The notes beneath the pieces were generated by a model. It worked only from the letters and a program-made list of their open reading frames with translations, made no database searches and was not told the DNA's origin. A stretch of DNA of 64,000 bases from Planctomycetota bacterium (GTDB lineage Bacteria; Planctomycetota; GCA-002687715; CAIWVZ01), in assembly GCA_044222185.1 (NCBI GenBank), contig JBGANV010000002.1, positions 256,001-320,000 on the forward strand, written 5' to 3'. Position numbers and translations under genes: made by a program. Positions 18,995 through 27,551 of the stretch are shown here, in pieces. Each line of letters begins with the position of its first letter. Position 1 is the first letter of the stretch.

Positions 18995-19968
18995 CCCCGC
19001 GTGCTTTCGGCGGATTTCAGGATCGCTTCCACGCGACCGTTACCCGTCTGCTCGGCCGGAAGCAGGTCACGCATCTCCATGACGATGAGCGTCCCCGCGC
19101 CTTCGTTCGTGAAGATCTCGACGAGAAGACTGTCCGGACCACCTCCGATCACGTGAACCCGCTTCACACCGCCGTAGAGCGCCTCCTTCGCCGCGTTCGC
19201 CTTGGGAAGCATGCCCGCGTCGAGCGCGCCGCGCTCGAGCAGCGTGTTCAACCCACGCACGTCCGTGTACGAGATCAGCGAGGAGGGATCGTTCTTGTCC
19301 TCGAGGATGCCGGGGGCCTCCTGGAGGAACACGAGTTTCTCGGCGCCCATCTCCCGGGCAAGCGTGGCTGCAACCGTGTCGGCGTTGACGTTCAGGATGT
19401 TGCCCTGGTCGTCGGCGGTGAGCGGGCTCACGACGGGCACGTACCCCGCGTCGAGCAGGCGCGTCAGCACGGACGCATCCACGGTGACGATGTCGCCCAC
19501 GTGACCGAAGTCGACGGTCGTGCGAACCTCGCCTGCGATCTTCACGCGCGGCGGGCGGCGGCGGGCGCGGATCAGCCCTGCATCGACTCCCGAGACTCCG
19601 ACGGTGGGCAGTCCCGCCGCGCGCGCCGCCGCGAGGATCGCCGTGTTGATGGCGCCGTTCATGGTCATGACGGCGACTTCGAGCGTCTTCTCGTCCGTCA
19701 CGCGCCGGCCGTCGACGAACAGGGTCTCGATGCCGAGCTTGGATGAGAGCGCGGTCGTCTGCGGCCCACCACCGTGGACGATGACGATGCGGACGCCGAG
19801 TTCTCGCAGGATGCTGACCTGCTCGGCGATGCTGCGCAGCCCGGCTGCGTCTCCACAAACGGCGCCGCCCATCTTCACGACGAACGTGCGGCCCTTGTAC
19901 AGGCGGATGTAGGGCAGTGCGCGCTTCAGCGCGTCCATCGTGGCGTTGCGATCATGAACCGAACTCAT
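18991..19968 (-). CDS. argB: N-acylglutamate kinase
   Basis: 'FVVKMGG', 'VHGGGPQ', 'GRRVTD', 'LNVNAD' and 'GMLPK'; AAAGGA RBS. There is no fused GNAT domain. Confidence 0.95.
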   Translation of the reverse strand: MSSVHDRNATMDALKRALPYIRLYKGRTFVVKMGGAVCGDAAGLRSIAEQVSILRELGVRIVIVHGGGPQTTALSSKLGIETLFVDGRRVTDEKTLEVAVMTMNGAINTAILAAARAAGLPTVGVSGVDAGLIRARRRPPRVKIAGEVRTTVDFGHVGDIVTVDASVLTRLLDAGYVPVVSPLTADDQGNILNVNADTVAATLAREMGAEKLVFLQEAPGILEDKNDPSSLISYTDVRGLNTLLERGALDAGMLPKANAAKEALYGGVKRVHVIGGGPDSLLVEIFTNEGAGTLIVMEMRDLLPAEQTGNGRVEAILKSAESTRG

Positions 19969-20058
19969 GGGTGTTCCTTTCCGCGGCCCCGAACAGGGGC
20001 ACCTGAATCTGTGCTTCGAGCGAACCAACGGCTTCCATCGCGCGCACCGGGCTGGGGG

Positions 20059-21075
20059 TCACGTGCTCCACTCCGGACGCGTCAGCATTTCATGAAGAAG
20101 GGCCTTCTGCGCATGCAGGCGGTTGCCCGCCTGCCGCACGACGATGCTTCGCGGCCCATCGAGAACCTGATCCGTCACCTTCACGTTGCGTCGAACGGGG
20201 AGGCAGTGCATGAACTTCGCGCCCGGCGCCGACTCGGCGAACCACGGCTCGTCGACGCACCAGCCCTTGAGCGGGGCGCGAAGGGCCGCCTCCTCCGCGT
20301 TCTGGCCGTAGCGCGACGGCGCCGTCCACGACTTGGTGTAGAGGACGTGCGCGCCCCGCATCGCGGCGCGGCGGTCGTCGGTCTCCTGCACCGAACCGCC
20401 GGAGGCGAGCGCGAGCGCACGGGCGTCGGCCATCACCTCATCCGGAAGGGCGAAGCCCTCGGGACGAAGCACCGTGACGTTCATTCCGCGCCGCGCCGCC
20501 ATGCGCACCGTCGACGACGCGACGGCGAGGGGCAGCTGCTTGGGATGCCACGCCCACGACAGCACGAACTTCCCGCCCTGCGCCGGAATCCCAACGTCGT
20601 CCAGGGTCTTCCAGTCGGCGAGCGACTGGCACGGATGCGTGATGGCGGATTCGAGGTTGATGAACGGGCGGGGTGAGAGCTCGGCCATGGCGTGGATCAC
20701 GGGATCGGCCAGATCCTCCGCCAGATCCTTGCCGCGGGCGAAGCACCGCGCCGCGAGGACGTCGCAGTACTGCGACAGAACGGGTACGGCCTCGCGGATG
20801 TGCTCCGCGGCGTCGCCGTCCATCACGACGCCACGACGCGTCTCGAGCTGCCAGGACCCCTGGCCCGGTGTGATCACGAACGACCCGCCGCCGAGCTGGA
20901 CGATCGCCGCCTGCATGGAGGCGAGCGTGCGCAGCGACGGATTCATGAACAGGAGTCCGACGACGCGATTGCGCCCGACGTCGCTGCGAGGCGCGCGCTC
21001 GAGCGCCTGCGCGCGTGCAAGCACCGCCGCCAGCTCATCCCGATCGAGATCCGATAGATCGATGAACTTCTTCAC
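20059..21075 (-). CDS. argF: N-acyl-ornithine transcarbamylase (ArgF', AOTCase/SOTCase family)
   Basis: 'NPSLRT', 'W.LE...G.VMDG...EH', 'HPCQ', 'WAWHPK.LP' and 'FMHCLPVRRN' mark the acyl-ornithine transcarbamylases rather than classical OTC. Confidence 0.92.
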   Translation of the reverse strand: MKKFIDLSDLDRDELAAVLARAQALERAPRSDVGRNRVVGLLFMNPSLRTLASMQAAIVQLGGGSFVITPGQGSWQLETRRGVVMDGDAAEHIREAVPVLSQYCDVLAARCFARGKDLAEDLADPVIHAMAELSPRPFINLESAITHPCQSLADWKTLDDVGIPAQGGKFVLSWAWHPKQLPLAVASSTVRMAARRGMNVTVLRPEGFALPDEVMADARALALASGGSVQETDDRRAAMRGAHVLYTKSWTAPSRYGQNAEEAALRAPLKGWCVDEPWFAESAPGAKFMHCLPVRRNVKVTDQVLDGPRSIVVRQAGNRLHAQKALLHEMLTRPEWST

Positions 21076-22241
21076 GCCGGGATTTCCTTCAACGCCGCGA
21101 GCAAGCGATCGACGTGATCGTCCTCGAGGATCAACGGGGGGAGCAGACGCACGATGTTCGGGTCGTTGGCACCGCCGGCGAGGATGCCGCGCTTGCGCAG
21201 CTCGCCGAGTATCTCCTTGGCCGGCCGCTTCGTGCGCAGACCGAGCAGATAGCCCATGCCCTGCGTCGCGACGACGGGACCACCGATCGACTCGGAGAGG
21301 ATCCGCTTCGAGAGGCGACGCACCCGAGGCAGGAGCTGCTCCTCATCGATCGTGCGCAGCACGACGTCGACGAGCGCGCACGCCAGGGGCCCACCGCCGA
21401 ACGTCGTGCCGAGGTCGCCCTTCTTGACGATCGACGCGAGCGCATCGCCGAGCATCACGGCTGCCACCGGGAACCCGCCCGCGAGCCCCTTGGCGGTCGC
21501 GAGGATGTCCGGCGTGACGCCGTACCCTTGCGCCGCGAACGGGTACCCGCTTCGTCCGACTCCGCACTGCACCTCGTCGAAGATCAGGACCGCGCCGCGC
21601 TGGCGCGTGATTTCACGTGAGGCGTGCACGAATTCCTGGGAGAGCGAACGAGCGCCGGCGAGGCCCTGCACGGGCTCGAAGATCACGGCCGCCACGTCGT
21701 CGCCCACCGCCTCGTCGAGACCATGAACGTCGTCGAGGTCGACCGTCGTCGTCGCGAACGGCTTGTTCGGGAAGGCGTACCAGGCCTGGTTGCCATCCGT
21801 GATCGCCGCGGCGGCGGCCGTCCGTCCGTGGAATGCACCCTTCAACGCGACGACGCGCGGGCGCTTCGTCGCCAGGAACGCGACGCGAAGCGCGTTCTCG
21901 ATGGCCTCGGCGCCGGAATTCACGAAGAAGACCTTGGAGAATCCCGCCGGTCCGAAATTGATGAGCGCCGTCGCGGCCTTCTGGCGTACGGCGAGGTCGA
22001 CGGCGTTGGTCTGGAAGAACAACCTCCGGGCCTGCGCATCGAGCGTCGCGCAGAGCTTCGGATGGTCGTATCCCAGAAGCGCCACGGCGTGACCTCCATA
22101 GAAGTCCAGGTAGCGGCGCCCGTCGCGGGCCGTGATCCACACACCCTCGCCGCTGACGGGTTCCACGTCGATCTGGTGGAAGACGTCCAGCAGCGCCGAT
22201 GCCTTCGCGGGTTCCTTCTCCATTTGCGTTCCTGTCGTCAT
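21072..22241 (-). CDS. argD: Acyl-ornithine aminotransferase (class III PLP)
   Basis: 'NSGAEAIENA', 'FHGRT', 'EPVQG', 'FDEVQCG', 'AKGLAGG' and 'GTTFGG'. Confidence 0.92.
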   Translation of the reverse strand: MTTGTQMEKEPAKASALLDVFHQIDVEPVSGEGVWITARDGRRYLDFYGGHAVALLGYDHPKLCATLDAQARRLFFQTNAVDLAVRQKAATALINFGPAGFSKVFFVNSGAEAIENALRVAFLATKRPRVVALKGAFHGRTAAAAAITDGNQAWYAFPNKPFATTTVDLDDVHGLDEAVGDDVAAVIFEPVQGLAGARSLSQEFVHASREITRQRGAVLIFDEVQCGVGRSGYPFAAQGYGVTPDILATAKGLAGGFPVAAVMLGDALASIVKKGDLGTTFGGGPLACALVDVVLRTIDEEQLLPRVRRLSKRILSESIGGPVVATQGMGYLLGLRTKRPAKEILGELRKRGILAGGANDPNIVRLLPPLILEDDHVDRLLAALKEIPA

Positions 22242-22248
22242 GTCTCTC

Positions 22249-23325
22249 TCAAGCCCAACCGAGGCCGGGCAGTTTCAAACCGCACGAGTCGTCCAGGTCG
22301 AACAGCCTGTTCATCCACTGCACTCCGCCACCAGCCGCGCCCTTCGTCAGGTTGTCCACGACGGACGTGACGACGAGCGTTCGACCCCTCGTCGCGACAC
22401 CGATGCGAACGCGATTGGTACCGACGACCTCCGTGAGCTTGGGCGCAATCGTGCTGGCGCGGACGAAGCCCTCGCCATAGAACGCGTTGACCGCCGACGC
22501 GAGGTCCTTCGCATTCGCATCGCGCTTCAGCGTCATCCTGAGCGTCGCGTGGATGCCGCGCACGAAGGGGCCGGAGTGCGGCACGAACTGCACGTCCGGC
22601 TCCGCACCGGGACGCGCCGCGCCGATCAGCATGCGCATCTCGGCTTCGTGCCGGTGCCCGAGCGGGTTGTACGCGTACAGGTTCCCGCTGCGCTCCGGGT
22701 GATGGGTGTTCTGCGCCGGCGTGCGGCCACTTCCGGAGCTTCCCGTCACGGCGGCCACGAAGACGTCGGCCTCGACGAGGTCTGCGGCGAAGAACGGAAA
22801 GGCCGCGACGGTCACCGCCGTGGTGAAGCAGCCGGGCTGCGTCGCGTGTGCCGGCGGTCTCCCGCGGAAGTGCTCGGGCACGGCGCAGACGAACTGAGGC
22901 AGTCGCCCCGGGGCCTCGTGCTCGTGGGCGTAGATGGCCGCATACCGCGCGGGATCTCGGAAGCGGAAGTCCGCGGACAGATCCACGGCCTTCGCGTCCG
23001 CTCGCGCCGCTTCGGCTGCGGACAACACACGGTCGGCGAGCGACGCCGTGGCGCCGTGCGGCGTGGCGAAGAACAGTCCCACGGGCCTGCCCGAATGGAA
23101 CAGGGACGCGTGCTCGTCCTGCGACCGGAACGTCAGCCCGTCGACGGTCGTGCCGGCGAGATGGGGAAACGACGCCGTCACGGATTCGCCGCCCTGGGAT
23201 GTCGAGAACACGGCCGCGACACGGAAGCGCGGATGCAGCGAGAGGATCCGCAGCAGCTCGCCGGCCACGTAGCCCTGTCCACCGAACACGGCGACGTCGA
23301 TGAGTTCGCGGTCAGGCGCCGTCAC
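22249..23325 (-). CDS. argC: N-acyl-gamma-glutamyl-phosphate reductase
   Basis: 'GGQGYVAGEL', 'ATPHG', 'DLSADFR', catalytic 'PGCF', 'HRHEAE' and 'DNLTKGAAG'. Confidence 0.95.
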   Translation of the reverse strand: MTAPDRELIDVAVFGGQGYVAGELLRILSLHPRFRVAAVFSTSQGGESVTASFPHLAGTTVDGLTFRSQDEHASLFHSGRPVGLFFATPHGATASLADRVLSAAEAARADAKAVDLSADFRFRDPARYAAIYAHEHEAPGRLPQFVCAVPEHFRGRPPAHATQPGCFTTAVTVAAFPFFAADLVEADVFVAAVTGSSGSGRTPAQNTHHPERSGNLYAYNPLGHRHEAEMRMLIGAARPGAEPDVQFVPHSGPFVRGIHATLRMTLKRDANAKDLASAVNAFYGEGFVRASTIAPKLTEVVGTNRVRIGVATRGRTLVVTSVVDNLTKGAAGGGVQWMNRLFDLDDSCGLKLPGLGWA

Positions 23326-24406
23326 CCGAGCCTCCCAGGTTCTGGACCGAAGCCACCGACTTCATGGCCGACGTGCCGAGCACGACGGTGACGAGGCCGG
23401 GCGCATCCGACCGAGCGTTGTGAGCGGGCGTAGACGTTTCGCGTTCGACGAGCTTGGTGCCCGCGCTGTTGTCCGTCGCTGGACCGGTGACGACGGTCGT
23501 TTGGAGATCGTGGCGCTCGCGGAGCAGCCGCACGCCGCCCCACGCCGCCACCGGGTCGTTCGCCGCGAGCACGACGGCGCTGAACGTCTTGCGAACGGGC
23601 ACGTCGTCGAGAATGGCGTCGACTCCGTAGAGCCCCAGAAGTCCGTCACCCAGCTCGAGGACGATGACGTCCGGGCGCTCCGCGGCGAGCTTCGTGAGCA
23701 GCGTGCGCGCGGCACGGGGCGCGGACTCGGCGGTCGTCGTGACGATGCCGAGATCGGTGAAGATCATGGTGCGACGGGCGCCCGCATCCTCCATCGCCAG
23801 GATGTCACGACGAAGCGACACGCCCGTGGTCTTGCCCGCGGCGACGCGGAATCCGCGATGCGTGAGCTCCTGAACGAGCGCGCACGCCGCGGCCGTCTTG
23901 CCGGCGTTCATGCACGACCCGACGACGGCGATCACGGGAATGCCCTGGACGTCCAGGCGATCTTCGAGGTGAATGGCGCCCTGTGTGATGTGCGCCGGCA
24001 CTCCGATGCGCTCGCCGAGGTAGGGGAAATGGAGAACCTGCCCCAGCACCTCGCAGACGAAGGGCTGGCCGAGATCGGGGTTGACGCTGTCGCAGATCCC
24101 GATGACGCCGCCGAGGTTCAGGATGTTCACCTTGTCGCCCGGCTTCAGCGATTCGGGAAGGTGACCCGAATAGCCGAAAAGCGCCTTGCGGTGTCCCAAC
24201 GCGCCGGCGACGACGTCGCCCGGTTTGATCTGCGAGAAGCGGCCCGACGGCAGCTCGAGCTGGTTGTAGGTGCTCTTCGACGTCAACACGCGAATGGCGA
24301 CGACGCTCCCTTCCGTGCACGTGATGTCCGCGGAGACGCGGACTTCGCGCGACAGCTTGCAGTTCATCGTCACCGAACCGATCTTGTCGATCAGGATCGT
24401 CTTCAC
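23312..24406 (-). CDS. DUF1611/DgcN-like P-loop protein; candidate alternative N-acylglutamate synthase
   Basis: P-loop-like 'VVGSCMNAGKT', 'AGKTTG', 'RDIL.M.DAGA' and 'ELGDGLLG'. The GTG start overlaps the argG stop (GTGA) and the stop overlaps the argC start. Confidence 0.75.
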   Translation of the reverse strand: MKTILIDKIGSVTMNCKLSREVRVSADITCTEGSVVAIRVLTSKSTYNQLELPSGRFSQIKPGDVVAGALGHRKALFGYSGHLPESLKPGDKVNILNLGGVIGICDSVNPDLGQPFVCEVLGQVLHFPYLGERIGVPAHITQGAIHLEDRLDVQGIPVIAVVGSCMNAGKTAAACALVQELTHRGFRVAAGKTTGVSLRRDILAMEDAGARRTMIFTDLGIVTTTAESAPRAARTLLTKLAAERPDVIVLELGDGLLGLYGVDAILDDVPVRKTFSAVVLAANDPVAAWGGVRLLRERHDLQTTVVTGPATDNSAGTKLVERETSTPAHNARSDAPGLVTVVLGTSAMKSVASVQNLGGSGDGA

Positions 24407-25608
24407 GCCTGCGCTCCCTTCGCCCGTTGATGCAACATCCCGGGCAGCGCCAGAAGCCGCGAGAACCCGCGGGCATCGCTGGCCGTCCATTCACCCGTCG
24501 CCTCGCCGTACACGCCGCGGGATGCGGCCTTGAGCGAGTGGGGCGACGCCACTCCCTCCACGAAGCACGAGCCGGTGCGCAGACGGAACGTCACGGTGCC
24601 CGTCACGCGCTCCTGCGAACGAATGAACAGCGCTTCGGCATCGCGGCAGGCGGGTTCGAGGAATTGCCCTTCGTGGATCCAATCGCCGTAGATGGCGGCG
24701 ACCGTGTCCTTCAAACGCTGCTGGCGGCCGGTGAGCGTGAGTTTCTCCAGCTCGCGGTGCGTTTGGATGAGGATCGACGCGGCGGGCGCCTCGAACGCCA
24801 CACGGCCCTTGAGGCCGAAGATCGTGTCACCCAGGTGGATCCCGCGGCCGACGCCGAACGGCGCCGCGAGCGCGTCCAGTCGTTCCACGAGCGGAACGGC
24901 GCTCAATCGCGTGCCGTCGACCGCCATGGGAACGCCGGCGTCGAAGGAGACGGTGTGCACCTCCGATGCACGCGGCCGATCGAAGGCGCCGCGCGTCAGC
25001 ACCCACGCATCCTCGGGGAGCGTGGCGATGGTGTCCGTCGTCTCCTTCCCGCCGATCGTGCAGCCCCACAATCCGCGGTTGACCGAGTACGCGGCCTTCT
25101 CGGCGTTCACGGGATAGCCGTGGGATTGGAGGAACTTCACCTCCTGCTCCCGTGACAGGCCCAGGTCGCGAATGGGCGCGATGATGTCGAGTTCCGGAGC
25201 GAGTGTCCGCAATGCGACCTCGAACCGGACCTGGTCGTTGCCCGCCGCGGTGCATCCGTGCGCGATGGCTTTCGCGCCGAGCTGTCGCGCGACGTCAGCG
25301 ACGACCCGGGCCTGGAGTCCGCGCTCGGCGCCGACGCACAGCGGATACATGTTGCCCCGCAGCACGTTGCCCATGACGAGAAACCGGAGCGTTTCGTTGA
25401 AGAACGACTCGCGTCCATCCACGAGGATGTGTTTCTTCGCACCGAGCGCATTCGACTTGCGCTCGAGTTCGCGGCGCGCGTCGTCATCGAGGCCGCCCGT
25501 GTCCACGGTGACGGTGATGACGTCCGTGCTGTATTGCTCCTTCAGCCAGGGCACGCAGTACGACGTGTCGAGCCCGCCGCTGAAGGCGAGGACGATCGGA
25601 TCACTCAT
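24403..25608 (-). CDS. argG: Argininosuccinate synthase
   Basis: 'LAFSGGLDTS', 'AHGCTAAGNDQVRF' and 'GLKGRVAFEAP'. Confidence 0.96.
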   Translation of the reverse strand: MSDPIVLAFSGGLDTSYCVPWLKEQYSTDVITVTVDTGGLDDDARRELERKSNALGAKKHILVDGRESFFNETLRFLVMGNVLRGNMYPLCVGAERGLQARVVADVARQLGAKAIAHGCTAAGNDQVRFEVALRTLAPELDIIAPIRDLGLSREQEVKFLQSHGYPVNAEKAAYSVNRGLWGCTIGGKETTDTIATLPEDAWVLTRGAFDRPRASEVHTVSFDAGVPMAVDGTRLSAVPLVERLDALAAPFGVGRGIHLGDTIFGLKGRVAFEAPAASILIQTHRELEKLTLTGRQQRLKDTVAAIYGDWIHEGQFLEPACRDAEALFIRSQERVTGTVTFRLRTGSCFVEGVASPHSLKAASRGVYGEATGEWTASDARGFSRLLALPGMLHQRAKGAQA

Positions 25609-26074
25609 CGGTTCTCTTCTCCATCCACTGCTGGAGCCGCGCGTGCACGATGGCCTGATCGCGTCGGCTCTGAGTGGCAACGAACAACGTGTCGTCGCCG
25701 GCGACCGTGCCGACGACCTCGCTCCAACGTGCGTTGTCGACCGCGAGGCCGACGGCGGAGGCGCCTCCCGGCGTCGTCTGGACGACGAGGAGATGCGGAC
25801 CCGCAACCTTCACGGCGACGACGTGGCCGAAGACATCGGCTCCGTCCGTCGTCGCGGGCGGTGTCAGCCCGAGCTGATCGGGCAGGATGTAATGGCCGTC
25901 CACCTTCGCGACGCGCATCTCGCGAAGATCGCGTGAAACGCTCGACTGGGTGGCCGAGAGGCCCAGCTGTCGCAGACGCGCCAGCAGCTCCGTCTGGTTC
26001 GCGATGGATTCATCACGAAGCAGCGTGCGGATTGCAGCTTGTCGCTCTTGCCAGATCTCGGCCTTGACGGGCAT
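25601..26074 (-). CDS. argR: Arginine repressor
   Basis: 'RQAAI', 'NQTEL', 'ATQSSVSRDL', 'TTPG.A' and 'GTVAGDDT'. Confidence 0.96.
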   Translation of the reverse strand: MPVKAEIWQERQAAIRTLLRDESIANQTELLARLRQLGLSATQSSVSRDLREMRVAKVDGHYILPDQLGLTPPATTDGADVFGHVVAVKVAGPHLLVVQTTPGGASAVGLAVDNARWSEVVGTVAGDDTLFVATQSRRDQAIVHARLQQWMEKRTDE

Positions 26075-26135
26075 GGCGCACCCTGGCCCAAACAGCCGCG
26101 GCCCGCAGGACCGTCCCGCGGGCCGTGCTGAAACA

Positions 26136-26173
26136 TGCGCATGTTGATACGAAGATGCGCATAAACATCCAGC
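26136..26173 (-). promoter_or_regulatory. Tandem ARG boxes (ArgR operator) upstream of the arg operon
   Basis: Minus-strand cores TGGATGTTTATGCG (26171-26158) and CGTATCAACATGCG (26151-26138) match TGnAT-n4-ATnCA. They are 20 bp apart in an AT-rich patch of GC-rich DNA. Confidence 0.7.
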
Positions 26174-26202
26174 TCCCCCCGCGAGATTTTCTCGCCGCCG
26201 CT

Positions 26203-27434
26203 CGGAACGCCACGCTCGGCGTGGCCGGTTGGCGAGACCGCCGGGCTCTCAATCGCGGCGAGGTGGGCCGGACGACGCGCCCGCTCTGGCACCGCACGCG
26301 GCGGGTTCCCGGCAGGGCGGGAGCCCTGCCGTCCAGCCGCGTGAAACGCGGCGCTCCGGAACGCCACGCTCGGCGTGGCCAGTTGGCGAGACCGCCGGGC
26401 TCGCCGGGGAATCGCCCGCGAGGTCTCAATCGCGGCGAGGTGGGCCGGACGACGCGCCCGCTCTGGCATCGCACGCGGCGGGTTCCCGGCAGGGCCGGAG
26501 CCCTGCCGTCCAGCCGCGTGAAACGCGGCGCTCCGGAGCGCCACGCTCGGCGTGGCCGGTTGGCGAGACCTCCGGGCTCGCCGGGGAATCGCCCGCGAGG
26601 TCTCGATCGCGGCGAGGTGTGCCGGACGACGCGCCCGCTCTGGCATCGCACGCGGCGAGTTCCCGGCAGGGCGGGAGCCCTGCCGTCCAGCCGCGTGAAA
26701 CGCGGCGCTCCGGAACGCCACGCTCCGCGTGGCCGGTTGGCGAGACCGCCGGGCTCGCCGGGGAATCACCCACGAGGTCTCAATCGCGGCGAGGTTGCCG
26801 CGCGACGCGCCCGCTCTGGCATCGCACTCGGCGGGTTCCCGGCAGGGCGGGAGCCCTGCCATCCAGCCGCGTGAAACGCGGCGCTCCGGAACGCCACGCT
26901 CGGCGTGGCCGGTTGGCGAGACCTCCGGGCTCGCCGGGGAATCGCCCGCGAGGTCTCAATCGCGGCGAGGTTGCCGCGCGACGCGCCCGCTCTGGCATCG
27001 CACGCGGCGAGTTCCCGGCAGGGCGGGAGCCCTGCCGTCCAGCCGCGTGAAACGCGGCGCTCCGGAACGCCACGCTCCGCGTGGCCGGTTGGCGAGACCT
27101 CCGGGCTGCCGGGGAATCGCCCGCGAGGTCTCAATCGCGGCTGCCGCGCGACGCGCCCGCTCTGGCATCGCACGCGGCGGTTCCCGGCAGGGCGGGACGA
27201 GCCGCGTGGTCTCGGAACGCCACGCTCCGCGTGGTTGGCGAGACCGCCGGGCTCGCCGGGGATCGCCCGCGAGGTCTCGATCGCGGCGAGGTGGGCCGGA
27301 CGACGCGCCCGCGCTGGCATCGCACGCGGCGGGTTCCCGGCAGGGCTGGAGCCCTGCCGTCCAGCCGCGTGAAACGCGGCGCTCCGGAACGCCACGCTCC
27401 GCGTGGCCGGTCGGCGAGACCGCCGGGCTCGCCG
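26203..27434. repeat. Tandem array of about 177-bp REPIN/BIME-like units (7 units plus a partial 8th)
   Basis: Unit starts (CGGAA/GCGCCACG) at 26203, 26357, 26534, 26711, 26887, 27063, 27213 and 27385. Each unit carries four GC-rich hairpins. Confidence 0.92.
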
Positions 27435-27551
27435 AGATTGACGGCCGGCGCCGCACCAGCGCCGGCGGAGTCAGCCTCGGGCGCGGTCATTGCACGCGGC
27501 GGTCCGGAACCTGGACAGCTCTCGGCTGTTCTGTTGCAGTGAGACTGCCTT

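Noticed and set aside
26203-27434. Tandem array as a CRISPR array
   Set aside because: Units are ~177 bp and near-identical throughout, with no unique spacers and no cas genes.
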